64,000 nt of DNA from a virus (Duplodnaviria; Heunggongvirae; Uroviricota; Caudoviricetes), in the IMG/VR virus record IMGVR_UViG_3300001336_000003, positions 1 to 64,000 of that record; one strand, given 5' to 3'. Within the stretch, counting starts at the first letter, position 1, and each line of letters starts with the position of its first letter. Shown here piece by piece: positions 39,794 through 50,033 of the stretch. The position numbers and the translations under genes are program-made. Under the pieces are notes generated by a model. It was not told the origin of the DNA and did not search any database. It saw nothing but the letters and a program-made list of their open reading frames with translations.

Positions 39794-40579
39794 TCACTTA
39801 TCGAAAATTACATTGACCCGATCTTCAAGGCTAAGATCGCCAAAATATCCCAAGTCAATTTCGTCTATTTTACTACGAATTACAGTTCTGTCAAGTGGTT
39901 TTTTACCATCTGGAATTTTATTCCAAACATCATCTGGCAGTTCTGTTTCGTAGTTCCTACGTTTCACATAAACACCATACTTCCACACGTTAGCAAGATC
40001 ATTCCAATCTTTACCTTCTTGAAGCATATATTCTTTCATCTGTTCACCACTAAGGTTTTCCATGGCCTTGTGACCACATGTCCAACGCATTATAGCAGAA
40101 ATACTATTTTTACGCGCATCTTGAACACGCCACAAAAGAACATTTGATGCTTCAATTTTGTTAGGAACGCCCCAAGACCGACAATCAAAATATGCCAGTT
40201 TATCGGTTTCGGCGTTTTCTTTCAGAAACTTGTTGAAGTTTGCTGTAGTCATAGAAGCAATGATGGAGTTGATTTTGGATGTTTTGCCACCAAAGATATG
40301 CTCGTTCTGCTTTTCACCCATACCATAGATAAGTGTGATTTCGTCTGATTGCGTATAACCGATATCAGCATTGGTAAGCTTTACAAGTTCTTTTGTGGTT
40401 TCCACCATTGTCTTTGTAAGACGATAATCGAAAGGCTTCACAAATCCCTTTGTAAATTTACTAAATCCTTTACCATCAATACGGACACATAGAATTTGTG
40501 AAGGCACAACGGTTTGTTTTGTAAACCGTCCTTCATAGTCTTTCATCCTATCGCCAAATTCATCGTTTTTCATCACCAA
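39794..40579 (-). CDS. Thg1-like protein (tRNA-His guanylyltransferase family 3'-5' nucleotidyltransferase)
   Basis: FGDRMKDYEGRF..ILCVRIDGKGFSKFTKGF..KPFD pattern and length about 260 aa. Confidence 0.75.
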   Translation of the reverse strand: MVMKNDEFGDRMKDYEGRFTKQTVVPSQILCVRIDGKGFSKFTKGFVKPFDYRLTKTMVETTKELVKLTNADIGYTQSDEITLIYGMGEKQNEHIFGGKTSKINSIIASMTTANFNKFLKENAETDKLAYFDCRSWGVPNKIEASNVLLWRVQDARKNSISAIMRWTCGHKAMENLSGEQMKEYMLQEGKDWNDLANVWKYGVYVKRRNYETELPDDVWNKIPDGKKPLDRTVIRSKIDEIDLGYFGDLSLEDRVNVIFDK

Positions 40580-40756
40580 ATCTCTTTTCTCATTCTTTCT
40601 GCTTCATCAATACCCCAACCTAGTGCAATACCGATGTAAAGAAACACAAAGCCGATTGCAACAAAAGGTAGAAAAATCAATCTGCGAATAATCAAATACC
40701 ACGGAAGTGCGTATTCAATATAACCTTCTGGATACTTATACCAACGCTTTTTCATA

Positions 40757-41242
40757 TTATCTAACCCCTGCCGCCTTATACAGTTCATTAACCCTTTCCT
40801 TGAAAAGTTTAGGGTTCCCTTGGCCTTTCGAAAACATCATTATTTCGTTGAAAGCCGTTTCTTCAGGAACTTGAAACCAATCCCAAAAACCATTCTTTTC
40901 AAAAAACTTGTAACATGATCTTACCCACACTTCTTCCATTGTAGATATGGCATGTCGCATTTTTTCGGTAGTTTCTGGTTTGTTGGGTTCGTATCTGGCA
41001 TAATCCCTCAAAAGAACCAGATACGAATCATCTTCAAAAGATTCGAAAGTCACACTTATGTGTTTTCTATTGACGTCTTTTGCTTCTATTCTAATCCAAA
41101 AACATTCTATATCATTTTGTGTTAGTGGTAAAGGAAAAAAACCTAGTTCTTTGGCTTTTTCCCGCATTTTTTCAAGGGTTTCACCCCTTCGATTAAAATG
41201 GCCAGAATCAAACTGTTCTATAATTTGGATAAGTTTATTCAT
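40757..41242 (-). CDS. hypothetical protein
   Basis: ORF track. Confidence 0.35.
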   Translation of the reverse strand: MNKLIQIIEQFDSGHFNRRGETLEKMREKAKELGFFPLPLTQNDIECFWIRIEAKDVNRKHISVTFESFEDDSYLVLLRDYARYEPNKPETTEKMRHAISTMEEVWVRSCYKFFEKNGFWDWFQVPEETAFNEIMMFSKGQGNPKLFKERVNELYKAAGVR

Positions 41243-41413
41243 CTAGGAGCCTCTTCAAGATAAGATGTTTCTGAAAGTCATTCCAACCATCTTTGATAGA
41301 TTTTCTGATATCAGGATCACGCGAGTCGCCAAATGCCTTATATGTTTGACTTAATGACATGCCTTGCTTTGACATTTCTGCACCAAATTTCCAAATTCTA
41401 AGGTTGTCATTCA

Positions 41414-41565
41414 TCACATTTTCATCTTTTTGTGTTGCATTTCTGGAAAGTTAACTTCCAAAGTGTTCACATCAATATCACAATAACTAAGCTCGTTCAA
41501 GCAAATAAACCTAGTCCCATCAATGACTTCATCTGCATTGCTGTGCCAATGGCCAAAGATAGATT
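41414..41565 (-). pseudogene. diverged duplicate of the 3' end of the metallophosphoesterase gene (remnant downstream of the endonuclease insertion)
   Basis: QSIFGHWHSNADEVIDGTRFICLNELSYCDIDVNTLEVNFPE vs 42203..42883 C-terminus HVFGHWHNDADRIIDGTRFICLDELSYVDIDTETLEVKWPD. Confidence 0.65.
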
Positions 41566-41568
41566 GTT

Positions 41569-41595
41569 TATAAATAAGTATGGTTCGCGGATTTC
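41569..41595 (+). promoter_or_regulatory. homing-endonuclease cassette leader (TATAAATA..GGTTCGCGG hairpin ATCCCAACCATTCTAG..AAAGGAGTTCCAGC; extends into remnant ORF)
   Basis: same motif order as other cassettes. Confidence 0.6.
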
Positions 41596-42237
41596 TTGGC
41601 AGGCATCCCAACCATTCTAGAAACACAAAGGAGTTCCAGCATGCATTATTTATATGTAAAAACACATAATAAAACGGGTTTAAAATATTTAGGAAAGACA
41701 AAATCTAAAGATCCATTTAAATATAGGGGTTCAGGAAAATACTGGAAACGGCATATTAATAAGCACGGTTATGATGTCACAACTCAAATATTACTTGTTA
41801 CTGAAAACAAAGAAGAATTAAAGCAAACTGGCCTATTCTTTAGTAAATTATGGAATATAGTAAAATCACGAGAATGGGCAAATTTGAAATTGGAAAATGG
41901 CGATGGGGGTTGGGATCATATAATATTAAAGGGTAGAACTTTTTCAGATGAAACTAAAAGAAAAATGTCAATATCTGCTATCGTAAGACAAACTGGTGAA
42001 ACAAATTCATTTTACGGAAAAACACATTCTGATGAAACTAGAAAATTGATTGGAGAACATAGTAAAGAAAGAGGTAAAGAGCAATATACAAAAAGAATAA
42101 ATAATGGCACTCATCCTAACAACAAAAGTGTATGCCCTCATTGCAATAAAATTGGACAATATAGAGCAATGAAAAGATGGCATTTTGATAATTGTAAATT
42201 ACTTAACTCTTTGGTTGTCTTCCATCAGGCCACTTAA
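41596..42237 (+). CDS. free-standing homing endonuclease-like (YxGSG-type N-domain, NUMOD3-like units, C-terminal Cys finger)
   Basis: MHYLYVKTHNKTGLKYLGKTKSKDPFKYRGSGKYWKRHINKHGYD close paralog of 10556; GKTHSDETRKLI unit; CPHCNKIGQYRAMKRWHFDNCK. Confidence 0.65.
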   Translation: MAGIPTILETQRSSSMHYLYVKTHNKTGLKYLGKTKSKDPFKYRGSGKYWKRHINKHGYDVTTQILLVTENKEELKQTGLFFSKLWNIVKSREWANLKLENGDGGWDHIILKGRTFSDETKRKMSISAIVRQTGETNSFYGKTHSDETRKLIGEHSKERGKEQYTKRINNGTHPNNKSVCPHCNKIGQYRAMKRWHFDNCKLLNSLVVFHQAT

Positions 42238-42883
42238 CTTCTAGTGTTTCCGTATCGATATCTACATAACTCAGTTCATCTAGGCAAATAAATCTTGTTC
42301 CATCGATGATACGATCAGCATCATTGTGCCAATGACCAAATACGTGCAGTTTAGGCTTGTGAATTTCAAGCATAGCTTCCAATGCCATGCCAGTTCTGGT
42401 CTTATATTGCTTGTTCGAAAACGATTTCCCATTTTCGATGAAAAGCTTGTTTGAAACAGACAGGGGACAATCATGTGTCACCATAATCGAAGGCGCGACC
42501 AATGTATATACATCAATCAAGCGTTCTAGTTCTTCATACGAAAGTTCTTCATCATCCCAAATGTCAATGCCTTTGGTTCGCCATTGATAATCAATAGACC
42601 ACGCACCACCAACATACATGATGTCATTTTCCACCACGCCATCTGGAATCCATGTTTTCATGGTTTTACACATGGATGGATTGTCATGATTGCCGCGAAT
42701 GAAACGTCCATTGACTTTTTGCATCATATCATCAAGCGATTCATGCCAATAGTCGCCTTGCCCAAAACCAATACCCATATCGCCCACTTGAACGACAGAA
42801 GTAACATCTTGTGGAATGTTATCCAAAAGAATGCTCAGTTCGTATTTTAGACCATGAACGTCACCAATAAATCTAGTTTTCAT
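42203..42883 (-). CDS. calcineurin-like metallophosphoesterase (candidate polynucleotide phosphatase)
   Basis: GDVHG, GDMG, GNHD, GHWH motifs. Confidence 0.7.
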   Translation of the reverse strand: MKTRFIGDVHGLKYELSILLDNIPQDVTSVVQVGDMGIGFGQGDYWHESLDDMMQKVNGRFIRGNHDNPSMCKTMKTWIPDGVVENDIMYVGGAWSIDYQWRTKGIDIWDDEELSYEELERLIDVYTLVAPSIMVTHDCPLSVSNKLFIENGKSFSNKQYKTRTGMALEAMLEIHKPKLHVFGHWHNDADRIIDGTRFICLDELSYVDIDTETLEVKWPDGRQPKS

Positions 42884-43389
42884 AGTTCTTTTCCATAAAT
42901 GTCATATTTTCTAATCGCGTCAAAACCTTCATCTAGTGCAGGTTCGACATATGAATTAACCATAGACTTGATAACATGATCAGGAATAGTTTTGCCTTTA
43001 CGGCTTTGCAAACGACGATTCCATTCTGTAATATCTTCTACGGTTTCGGGAGGTGTGAAGACAATTGCCTCAACCCTGTATCCAAATTTTTTCATTTTTT
43101 CAATGATAGAACGGCGCTTTTTTACACCGAGATTTGTCTGATCCCAATACACGTCAACTTTCATTTTAATGGCTTCTGCAAGCCAAATGTCAGATTCCAA
43201 CTTGGCAGGACCAATGTGTTTATCAAAAACTTCATCGTAAGTCTTGTCAAGTTGTTTGGCAACACGTTCAAGAACATTGTCTGTGCTATAGACAAACACA
43301 GTGTCAGCAAACTCAGGATCTTCAACAAAATTTAAAAGAGTGGACTTCCCACTCGCAGGAAGTCCGACAAGAACAAAACAAGTAGGCAT
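42880..43389 (-). CDS. P-loop polynucleotide kinase-like protein (Pnk kinase-domain-like)
   Basis: VLVGLPASGKST Walker A; size 169 aa; adjacent to phosphoesterase. Confidence 0.55.
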   Translation of the reverse strand: MPTCFVLVGLPASGKSTLLNFVEDPEFADTVFVYSTDNVLERVAKQLDKTYDEVFDKHIGPAKLESDIWLAEAIKMKVDVYWDQTNLGVKKRRSIIEKMKKFGYRVEAIVFTPPETVEDITEWNRRLQSRKGKTIPDHVIKSMVNSYVEPALDEGFDAIRKYDIYGKEL

Positions 43390-43688
43390 ACTTAACCTTT
43401 CATATACACATTTTTCAAATAGGTTCCGACACCTTTTTCAACAAATTCTTTGGTGTAGTGAACTTCTCCATTCGGTTTTTCGATGACAAGTTCATAGGTA
43501 ACAGAAAAATATTTGGATGGAGGGGTTACACGATAATCAACTACAAGACCTTCTTCAATCGGGTAATAGGCACCCCAATTCATAATGACTTCGGTTCCGA
43601 TTGCGACAGAAGTGATATTTTCGGCAGTGATTTTCATAGCGAACCTCTTTTGATTACTCTTATAATATAAGTGATCGATTCGCCTATG

Positions 43689-44324
43689 TCAAGCGTTTTT
43701 TGTATCTATTATAGCTTGTGCCATGCGAATTGTGAGATCGATGCCTTCTTGAACCATGTAGAAGAACAGTTTTTCTTCTTCGTTCACGTTCAAAATGTTG
43801 ATAGCCATTCTTGCATGAAGGCCAGACATAAATTGAATGTTGGATGCAGCAAAATCTTGAATGTTGCAATCGTATAGTGCCATTGATTCATTCATGATTT
43901 TTGTGAAGTTATTAACAGTATCTACCTTTGATGTAAGAGCATGTAGATCGGCACGAATGATAGCAGAATAATTTTTTGGTAAGTTTCTTGTTTCTAGCAG
44001 ATGTGTTTCTGTTGCCATAATAAGACCAGATACTTTACTCACATCCCACAAACTTAAATTACAGCCCCTATAATTATCTTTCATTTCACTAAAAGCAAGT
44101 GAGGAACGCCATTCTTTTTTAGGTTCTGCATCATACACCACATCATGAAACATGACTGCCCAATCAAGGGATTCGTCATACGGTTCATCGGTTTCTTCAA
44201 GATACTGATACATAGCTTCAATATGCGAATTGTTGTGATATTGACAACCTCTGATTTCATTCTCGTTCATTAGAACGTAGGCTTCGGTTGCCAATTCAGT
44301 TTTTTGTATTTTAGACCAATTCAT
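43689..44324 (-). CDS. HD-domain phosphohydrolase-like protein
   Basis: H..H (YHNNSH) and FHDVVYD motifs. Confidence 0.45.
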   Translation of the reverse strand: MNWSKIQKTELATEAYVLMNENEIRGCQYHNNSHIEAMYQYLEETDEPYDESLDWAVMFHDVVYDAEPKKEWRSSLAFSEMKDNYRGCNLSLWDVSKVSGLIMATETHLLETRNLPKNYSAIIRADLHALTSKVDTVNNFTKIMNESMALYDCNIQDFAASNIQFMSGLHARMAINILNVNEEEKLFFYMVQEGIDLTIRMAQAIIDTKNA

Positions 44325-45172
44325 CGCCCATCACCATAGATTGCCCATTCACCAAATTCGCCATAGTAGTTATCTTTAATACGACATTGCTTAATTGACA
44401 TATTATGATTTTCAACCATATCTGTTGAAATGACTTGTTCAACCATTTCACATTCTTCCAACATTTGGATCTGAATAATAGGCGGTCCCATACCAACTAA
44501 CAAAACAGGAAAAAATGAAATCAAAAACAATGGCAACACATTAATTGGTCTATTTTTACCATATGTTAGCAGGATAAAGGGCAATGCCATAATCAGAGAC
44601 ATTACAACAACATAAGGTAAAATCCATAGGGTGTTCATTAAAGGAACACCCCCTAGAATCCAAAAGAAAAATTCAGAAAGAGTTAGGATTGTTTCTCTAA
44701 ACATGACTGTCACCAACTTGACTGGTAGTAGAACATCCATCCACGGAAATCTGTTTCCATACGAGGAACCACATTTTCTAGAACTTCAACAGTATATTTG
44801 ATACCGTCAAAATACCACTCATCATATTCAGTCCCACCAAAGAAAAATCCGCTTCGTGTTGGAAGTAGTGTTTCCACTTGATCTGGATTAGCCAAAACAG
44901 ATTTACAGATATTCAAAAGGTTTCTCAGATTTTCGTGTGTCACATAGCTTTTTTGACATTCATCCACGCCATCTTGAACGTTTTGAACAAACCAATCGTG
45001 GATAGCATTTGCTTTACGCCAATATGCAATTTCTACTTCTACTTGCTTTACACGTTTGTCACCAATTTCAGGAAAAAGTTTGCCAATTGCATTAGCAACT
45101 TCTTTGTCGTTATTGTCACCAAAATCCCACAAATAGCGTTCTGCGGTAAGATACATATCAAGTCCCATAATA

Positions 45173-45376
45173 TCAGTCCTTCTTATTAACAGTGGTGTGA
45201 CCAAAAGTCATAGTGATAACAAGTGCAGCAAGCCATGTCCAAAAAGTGAACGGAATAGCCAACACAGGAAACAGGGTATTCAGACCCCAAATAAGAACGA
45301 AAGGCCAAAAGATCATAAGACCAATCACAACAGCGATGAAAGCACCGCCAAAAGCACCAGCAATAATATTACCCAT
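45173..45376 (-). CDS. small membrane protein
   Basis: two TM segments. Confidence 0.35.
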   Translation of the reverse strand: MGNIIAGAFGGAFIAVVIGLMIFWPFVLIWGLNTLFPVLAIPFTFWTWLAALVITMTFGHTTVNKKD

Positions 45377-45689
45377 TTTATTTCTCCTTAATCAAAGCCA
45401 AGCACTACGCTTGATATATTGCGTTTCGCCCAAATCACGAACCCGAAACTCCTTGCGAATCGGGTATCCATTTTTAAGACAGAAGGTAGCATACCATTCT
45501 TCATCTTCTTTCATTTGTTCAATGGCATTTTCTTCATTTTCAAAAGACCACTTCAAGACCCAATGTTCATCGGGATCAATCCCGTTCAAGCGCATTTCGG
45601 CTTTGTGTTGGGCAGGAAGATCTTCGTGATACTCGACAACAAACCGATTGATTTTTTCAACATACGTTTCCATTTGAACACCTTTCATT

Positions 45690-46073
45690 TCAGAAGGAAA
45701 AGTCACGATAGTGGCGACGAAAACCGATAATCAGTCCACATCCTTCAGCTTTGTTCCACCGTCCAGTTTCTTTGTTCTTACGAACTTCTACATATTTACC
45801 GTCTTTGTTCATTCGAAAGTTGTAAACACAACCGTTTACATTCGGCTCGCAACGATATTCTTGCATGTCTGACATTCCGTTGTCGTCAATGCGAGTAACA
45901 GTATCTTCTTGAACAGTGATGATGTTACCTTCTACAGCGGTAACAGTAGCAGCTTGACGATCTGTCCACATAAGAATAGTAGCGCCCATGCCGACTTCTG
46001 GTGTGGGTGCATCTTTTGTCATGCGGCTGTAAAGATTGTTTACGAAGCTTGCTGTTTGTGTTCCGAGGTGCAT
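45690..46073 (-). CDS. hypothetical protein
   Basis: start trimmed to MHLGTQ with RBS aaggaga. Confidence 0.35.
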   Translation of the reverse strand: MHLGTQTASFVNNLYSRMTKDAPTPEVGMGATILMWTDRQAATVTAVEGNIITVQEDTVTRIDDNGMSDMQEYRCEPNVNGCVYNFRMNKDGKYVEVRKNKETGRWNKAEGCGLIIGFRRHYRDFSF

Positions 46074-46083
46074 TTGCGTTCTC

Positions 46084-46118
46084 CTTGTCGCTACAACTAA
46101 GATATATAGCGACAAGGA
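46084..46118. repeat. 11-bp perfect inverted repeat CCTTGTCGCTA / TAGCGACAAGG flanking the cassette boundary
   Basis: read from sequence; overlaps RBS of 45690..46073. Confidence 0.5.
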
Positions 46119-46139
46119 TCACATGTCAAGTACTTTTTG

Positions 46140-46212
46140 TATAAATATAAGTGCCAGTCGCGGTTGCCGCCAAGAAACCCACTGACTCTATGTTTAGTAA
46201 CCCAAAGAGAGG
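46140..46212 (+). promoter_or_regulatory. homing-endonuclease cassette leader
   Basis: TATAAATATAAGTGCCAGTCGCGGTTGCCGCCAAGAAACCCACTGACTCTATG...GAGGAACACAGCAC ATG. Confidence 0.65.
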
Positions 46213-47089
46213 AACACAGCACATGTATATTTATCTGATACGCAATATCATCAATGACAAGATTTATATTGGTCAAACTACAAAAACACCCGAAAAAAGA
46301 TTTAGGCAGCATGTATACACAAGTAAAAGACTAAAGACACAACTATATAACTCTATGAACAAATACGGCGAAGAAAATTTCATAGTAGAAGTTCTGGAAG
46401 TTGTTCAGGACAAGAGCCTTCTAGACCCAAGGGAAATATATTGGATAGCGGAACTGGAGCCAGAGTATAACATGACTATAGGTGGCCAAAGAAGTAGTAC
46501 CACAGAAAAATACACGGAAGAGCGTAAACGCGAAAGATCGGCAAAAAGTTCCGCTTCCATAAAAAAGATGTGGGATTCCATGAGTGAAGATGAACGCAAA
46601 GAACGCATGAAAAAAACCCACGCAAAAACAGATTACAAATCACATTCTGATAAACTTTCGGTTTCTAGAAGAAGATTTTTTACGAATGAAACTGAAGAGC
46701 AGAAAGCAATTAGAATAGAAAAAGCTAAAATAGGTGCCAAGAAAACAGAAAAAATCAAATGTCATTATTGTGATCAGGAAATTGGTGGTGGTAAATATAA
46801 TCTAGTAAAACACGAAGAAGTATGCTCAAAAAATCCATCATCAAAAAATTTTGGGAAAAGCACAAAAAAGAAACAACCTTATAGCTATACAATACTAGAT
46901 CCAAACAATACAAAGCATATAACATCATCATTTAAGGGATTTTGCAAAACACACAATCTTTCAAGATATTTGCTTATGAAAAATATTGGAAGTGTAGTTG
47001 AAAGCGTTGACGCTAAAACTAATAACGCCAACGCAACAACAATAAATACCTTTGGGTGGTGTTTACTTAGGATTGATGATCTGACTTAG
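46151..47089 (+). CDS. GIY-YIG homing endonuclease with NUMOD3-like repeats and C-terminal Cys finger
   Basis: YIYLIRNIINDKIYIGQT..RFRQH..LYNSMNKYG..NFIVEVLE..REIYWIAELEPEYN is the canonical GIY-YIG domain; TEERKRERSAKSS/ERKERMKKTHAKT units; CHYCDQEIGGGKYNLVKHEEVC. Confidence 0.85.
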   Translation: MPVAVAAKKPTDSMFSNPKRGTQHMYIYLIRNIINDKIYIGQTTKTPEKRFRQHVYTSKRLKTQLYNSMNKYGEENFIVEVLEVVQDKSLLDPREIYWIAELEPEYNMTIGGQRSSTTEKYTEERKRERSAKSSASIKKMWDSMSEDERKERMKKTHAKTDYKSHSDKLSVSRRRFFTNETEEQKAIRIEKAKIGAKKTEKIKCHYCDQEIGGGKYNLVKHEEVCSKNPSSKNFGKSTKKKQPYSYTILDPNNTKHITSSFKGFCKTHNLSRYLLMKNIGSVVESVDAKTNNANATTINTFGWCLLRIDDLT

Positions 47090-47678
47090 AGATGGTAGAC
47101 TGTTTCTTTTTTAGTATTTTACCCCTATTTTTTAGTCGCTTTATTACTTCATTACCGTCCATCCACATGTCCACCCCATCAATAACACGATCTATTTCAT
47201 CTAAAGTCAGAAACCCTTCATAGATAGACCGCATAAAACTTGTAGACCATTTTCGTTCAAACAGAGCCTGCGAATGAATCTCATTGCCCTTCCCTAGAAA
47301 TCCTCCATTATATGTATGCACCATGAACATGGAATATTCCGACACCTCAAAGTTATCACCTTGAAGGAAGATCATTGTTGCAGCCGAAGCACACATCCCC
47401 TCAACGGAAGTTATCACTGTTGCTTCAGTCTCATTCAAGGCCCTAAGTAATTGAATAGTCGTGTCAATGTTTCCACCACCAGAGTTGATATATATTTTGA
47501 TGATGTCTGTTTGACTACAATGACGTATCGTCTGGAACCATTCAATGTAATTTTCTGGACTGTCTATCTCACCTGACAAATAGAATTCATGAAGATTTGC
47601 AATTGGTCTAGAGTATATTCTTTCATCTTGCTTTGCGCCGCCGCCGAACAACTCCATCAAATCAATTTTTTTGGGCAT
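47067..47678 (-). CDS. ClpP-like serine protease (S14 family)
   Basis: INSGGGNI and GMCASAATMIFL blocks typical of ClpP. Confidence 0.65.
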   Translation of the reverse strand: MPKKIDLMELFGGGAKQDERIYSRPIANLHEFYLSGEIDSPENYIEWFQTIRHCSQTDIIKIYINSGGGNIDTTIQLLRALNETEATVITSVEGMCASAATMIFLQGDNFEVSEYSMFMVHTYNGGFLGKGNEIHSQALFERKWSTSFMRSIYEGFLTLDEIDRVIDGVDMWMDGNEVIKRLKNRGKILKKKQSTISKSDHQS

Positions 47679-48156
47679 AATTTTTCCTTCTTGTTATTTC
47701 CAATAGTCTTTAGGCATATTGGTCCAAGGTGTAGACCAATAAATTACGAAGTAGTATAAATTTAACTGTGCGTGTGGGCAGTCATACCAGAATTTATGTA
47801 GACCGATTGTTTGCAATCCCCAAATTTTACGAATATAGGTGTCGTTATCAAATTCACTGTAAGCACCACGCATTTCTTTATCCATTAGGCCAATTTTGAA
47901 GTAGTAAAAATATCGGTTCGTGCCAAGCGTCTTTTCAGACTGTCCCCATTCAATGCCTTCACGGCATAATTTAAATTTCCAAGGATATTGTTTCACTTCT
48001 TGTTCATCTTTTCTAAATATAATTCATATGCGGAATCACATGCGTCACATGGTTTCCCATCTACTGTTCCATGACCACCGTTACAAGTGTTGTTCCGACA
48101 TTTACCGCAAATTACAACTTCGTGTTCGCACAGATCACAGTATACCCATTTATGAT

Positions 48157-48597
48157 TCATCTAAACATCCTTGTAATATCATCACGAATTGACATAAGAA
48201 TTTTTCCTAATTCGTTTTTACCTTTACCTAATGGGGATTGCCCCCAAAAAGTATCGCCCCATGTGTTTCCTTCAATAAGTTCACAACCTTTGGTAGCCAT
48301 AAGTTTTTCCATCAATTCTGGATTTTGATCAAACTTCGCGCTGACTACACTTCGCATAACAGGTAATTTCGTATCTTCCCAATAAGGTTTCAGGTTGATT
48401 TCCGAACCTAATCTTTTAGCTTGGCCAGCACTAATACCACCATAAGCAAAATGATTCCACACATCTTCATTAATGCTTTTCATAGCTTGGTAAGCATGTT
48501 CAGCAGTAGGCCATTTGTAGCCCATGTATGCAAATTCCGATGGATGAAAATTTGACAAGAAACGATATTCACCTGAAAATGACGTTATTTGAGCCAT
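48157..48597 (-). CDS. NADAR (YbiA-like) domain protein
   Basis: FLSNFHPSEF...WPTAEHAYQAMK...ELGKILMSIR match NADAR signature. Confidence 0.7.
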   Translation of the reverse strand: MAQITSFSGEYRFLSNFHPSEFAYMGYKWPTAEHAYQAMKSINEDVWNHFAYGGISAGQAKRLGSEINLKPYWEDTKLPVMRSVVSAKFDQNPELMEKLMATKGCELIEGNTWGDTFWGQSPLGKGKNELGKILMSIRDDITRMFR

Positions 48598-49004
48598 GCT
48601 ATCCTTTTACCTTCTTTCACACGTCTTTCATGTTCTTCTTCGGAACTTGGATATCTCCAACCCCATATAGCAACAAGAGTCATAAAGATTCCTAAGTAAG
48701 CAATAGCAATCAAATTTCCAGTTGTAAACCACATAATACCCAAAGAAATCAACATTGTCAAGACCATTAAATACTTAGCTTTTTGGGGAAAGATTCTTTT
48801 TTCTTGCCATCCAATAAGGAATGGGCCAAAAATTTTATGTGAATATAACCAATTGTGCATACGATCACTGGACTTGGCAAAACAATATGCAGCGCCAACA
48901 GCGGGTGTGCTCCAAGGAATCCCAGGCAATATTAGGCCCAAATATGCTATGCCTATTAGAATGACTCCTAAACTGAACCAAAGTGCTTTTTTAACATTAA
49001 TCAT
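48585..49004 (-). CDS. DUF454/YbaN-family inner membrane protein
   Basis: LILPGIPWSTP motif and 4 TM segments. Confidence 0.55.
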   Translation of the reverse strand: MINVKKALWFSLGVILIGIAYLGLILPGIPWSTPAVGAAYCFAKSSDRMHNWLYSHKIFGPFLIGWQEKRIFPQKAKYLMVLTMLISLGIMWFTTGNLIAIAYLGIFMTLVAIWGWRYPSSEEEHERRVKEGKRIAWLK

Positions 49005-49229
49005 GTTTTTCCTTTCTGCAATATTGACACTGTATATGGGTCTTCATATCTCGCATACTAAAAACATGACCGTATGTATGTTTACTTAAAATGCACAAAA
49101 TCCATCCTTTGAAAAAACGATAATATCCTTTCAGACCACCGCCATGTGCTTGAGTGGAAAGCGGTATGTTGATCCAATGACCACCATACCGCACAAAGAT
49201 TTTGCCTTTTTTCAACAGAATTGGAAATT

Positions 49230-50033
49230 TCATGTCCAGAGACTGCCGCGAATTTTGATAAGACGGATCAGCATTTGTGTATCTTCTTCTTCATATGCCT
49301 TTTCCATTTCACGCATCTTGTCAAGCATTGGTCCAGTATCAACACCATCATCTTTTTCAAAAATGTCAAAAATGCCATCACTCTTACTATCACAATAAGC
49401 AGACCATCCACTAACTTCCATTGGTTCTGGACGGTTTGGATATACTTCTGTCCACCACTTGTAAAGCTCAATGATTTCTTTGGCAGTTTCTGCTTGTACT
49501 GTAGGTTTGGCTTCATGCTTTTTATCTTCTTCAAGCCATTCTTCATCTGTTAATGTCATTTCCCATTCCAAATGATTTAGACCTGCTTCCGCACTACGCC
49601 AAGTTCTGGTGCGCCAACGCCCAACTTGCCACCACTTCATACCTTTTTGCTTTTCTTCAGACCAACGATAATTGCTATACGCCTTTTCAATTTCGACAAA
49701 ATCGACAAGCTCATCAAAAAGACATATCAAAATGCGACAATCAAGATCGCGCCATTGACCACGCTTGATATGCTTTGGGTGTGCAACAAGCGCGTGACTT
49801 TGATCAATCCAACGATTTACGATGTAGTATTTGATATTGTATAGCTTATCAATTGGCCAATTCAAGAATTTTTGAATTTTATCAAAGCCTTCTTCTGCAA
49901 TCCAATACCGAATTGGATGTTTTCGTTTGGCTTCTGCATCCCATGCTTTCCAATCTTTGCCAGACAAAGCATATGGTTTTTCAGACCCACGAATTTTGTC
50001 AGCAAATTTACTACACGACCAATAGTTTGTCAT
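49230..50033 (-). CDS. Trp-rich hypothetical protein
   Basis: ORF track. Confidence 0.35.
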   Translation of the reverse strand: MTNYWSCSKFADKIRGSEKPYALSGKDWKAWDAEAKRKHPIRYWIAEEGFDKIQKFLNWPIDKLYNIKYYIVNRWIDQSHALVAHPKHIKRGQWRDLDCRILICLFDELVDFVEIEKAYSNYRWSEEKQKGMKWWQVGRWRTRTWRSAEAGLNHLEWEMTLTDEEWLEEDKKHEAKPTVQAETAKEIIELYKWWTEVYPNRPEPMEVSGWSAYCDSKSDGIFDIFEKDDGVDTGPMLDKMREMEKAYEEEDTQMLIRLIKIRGSLWT

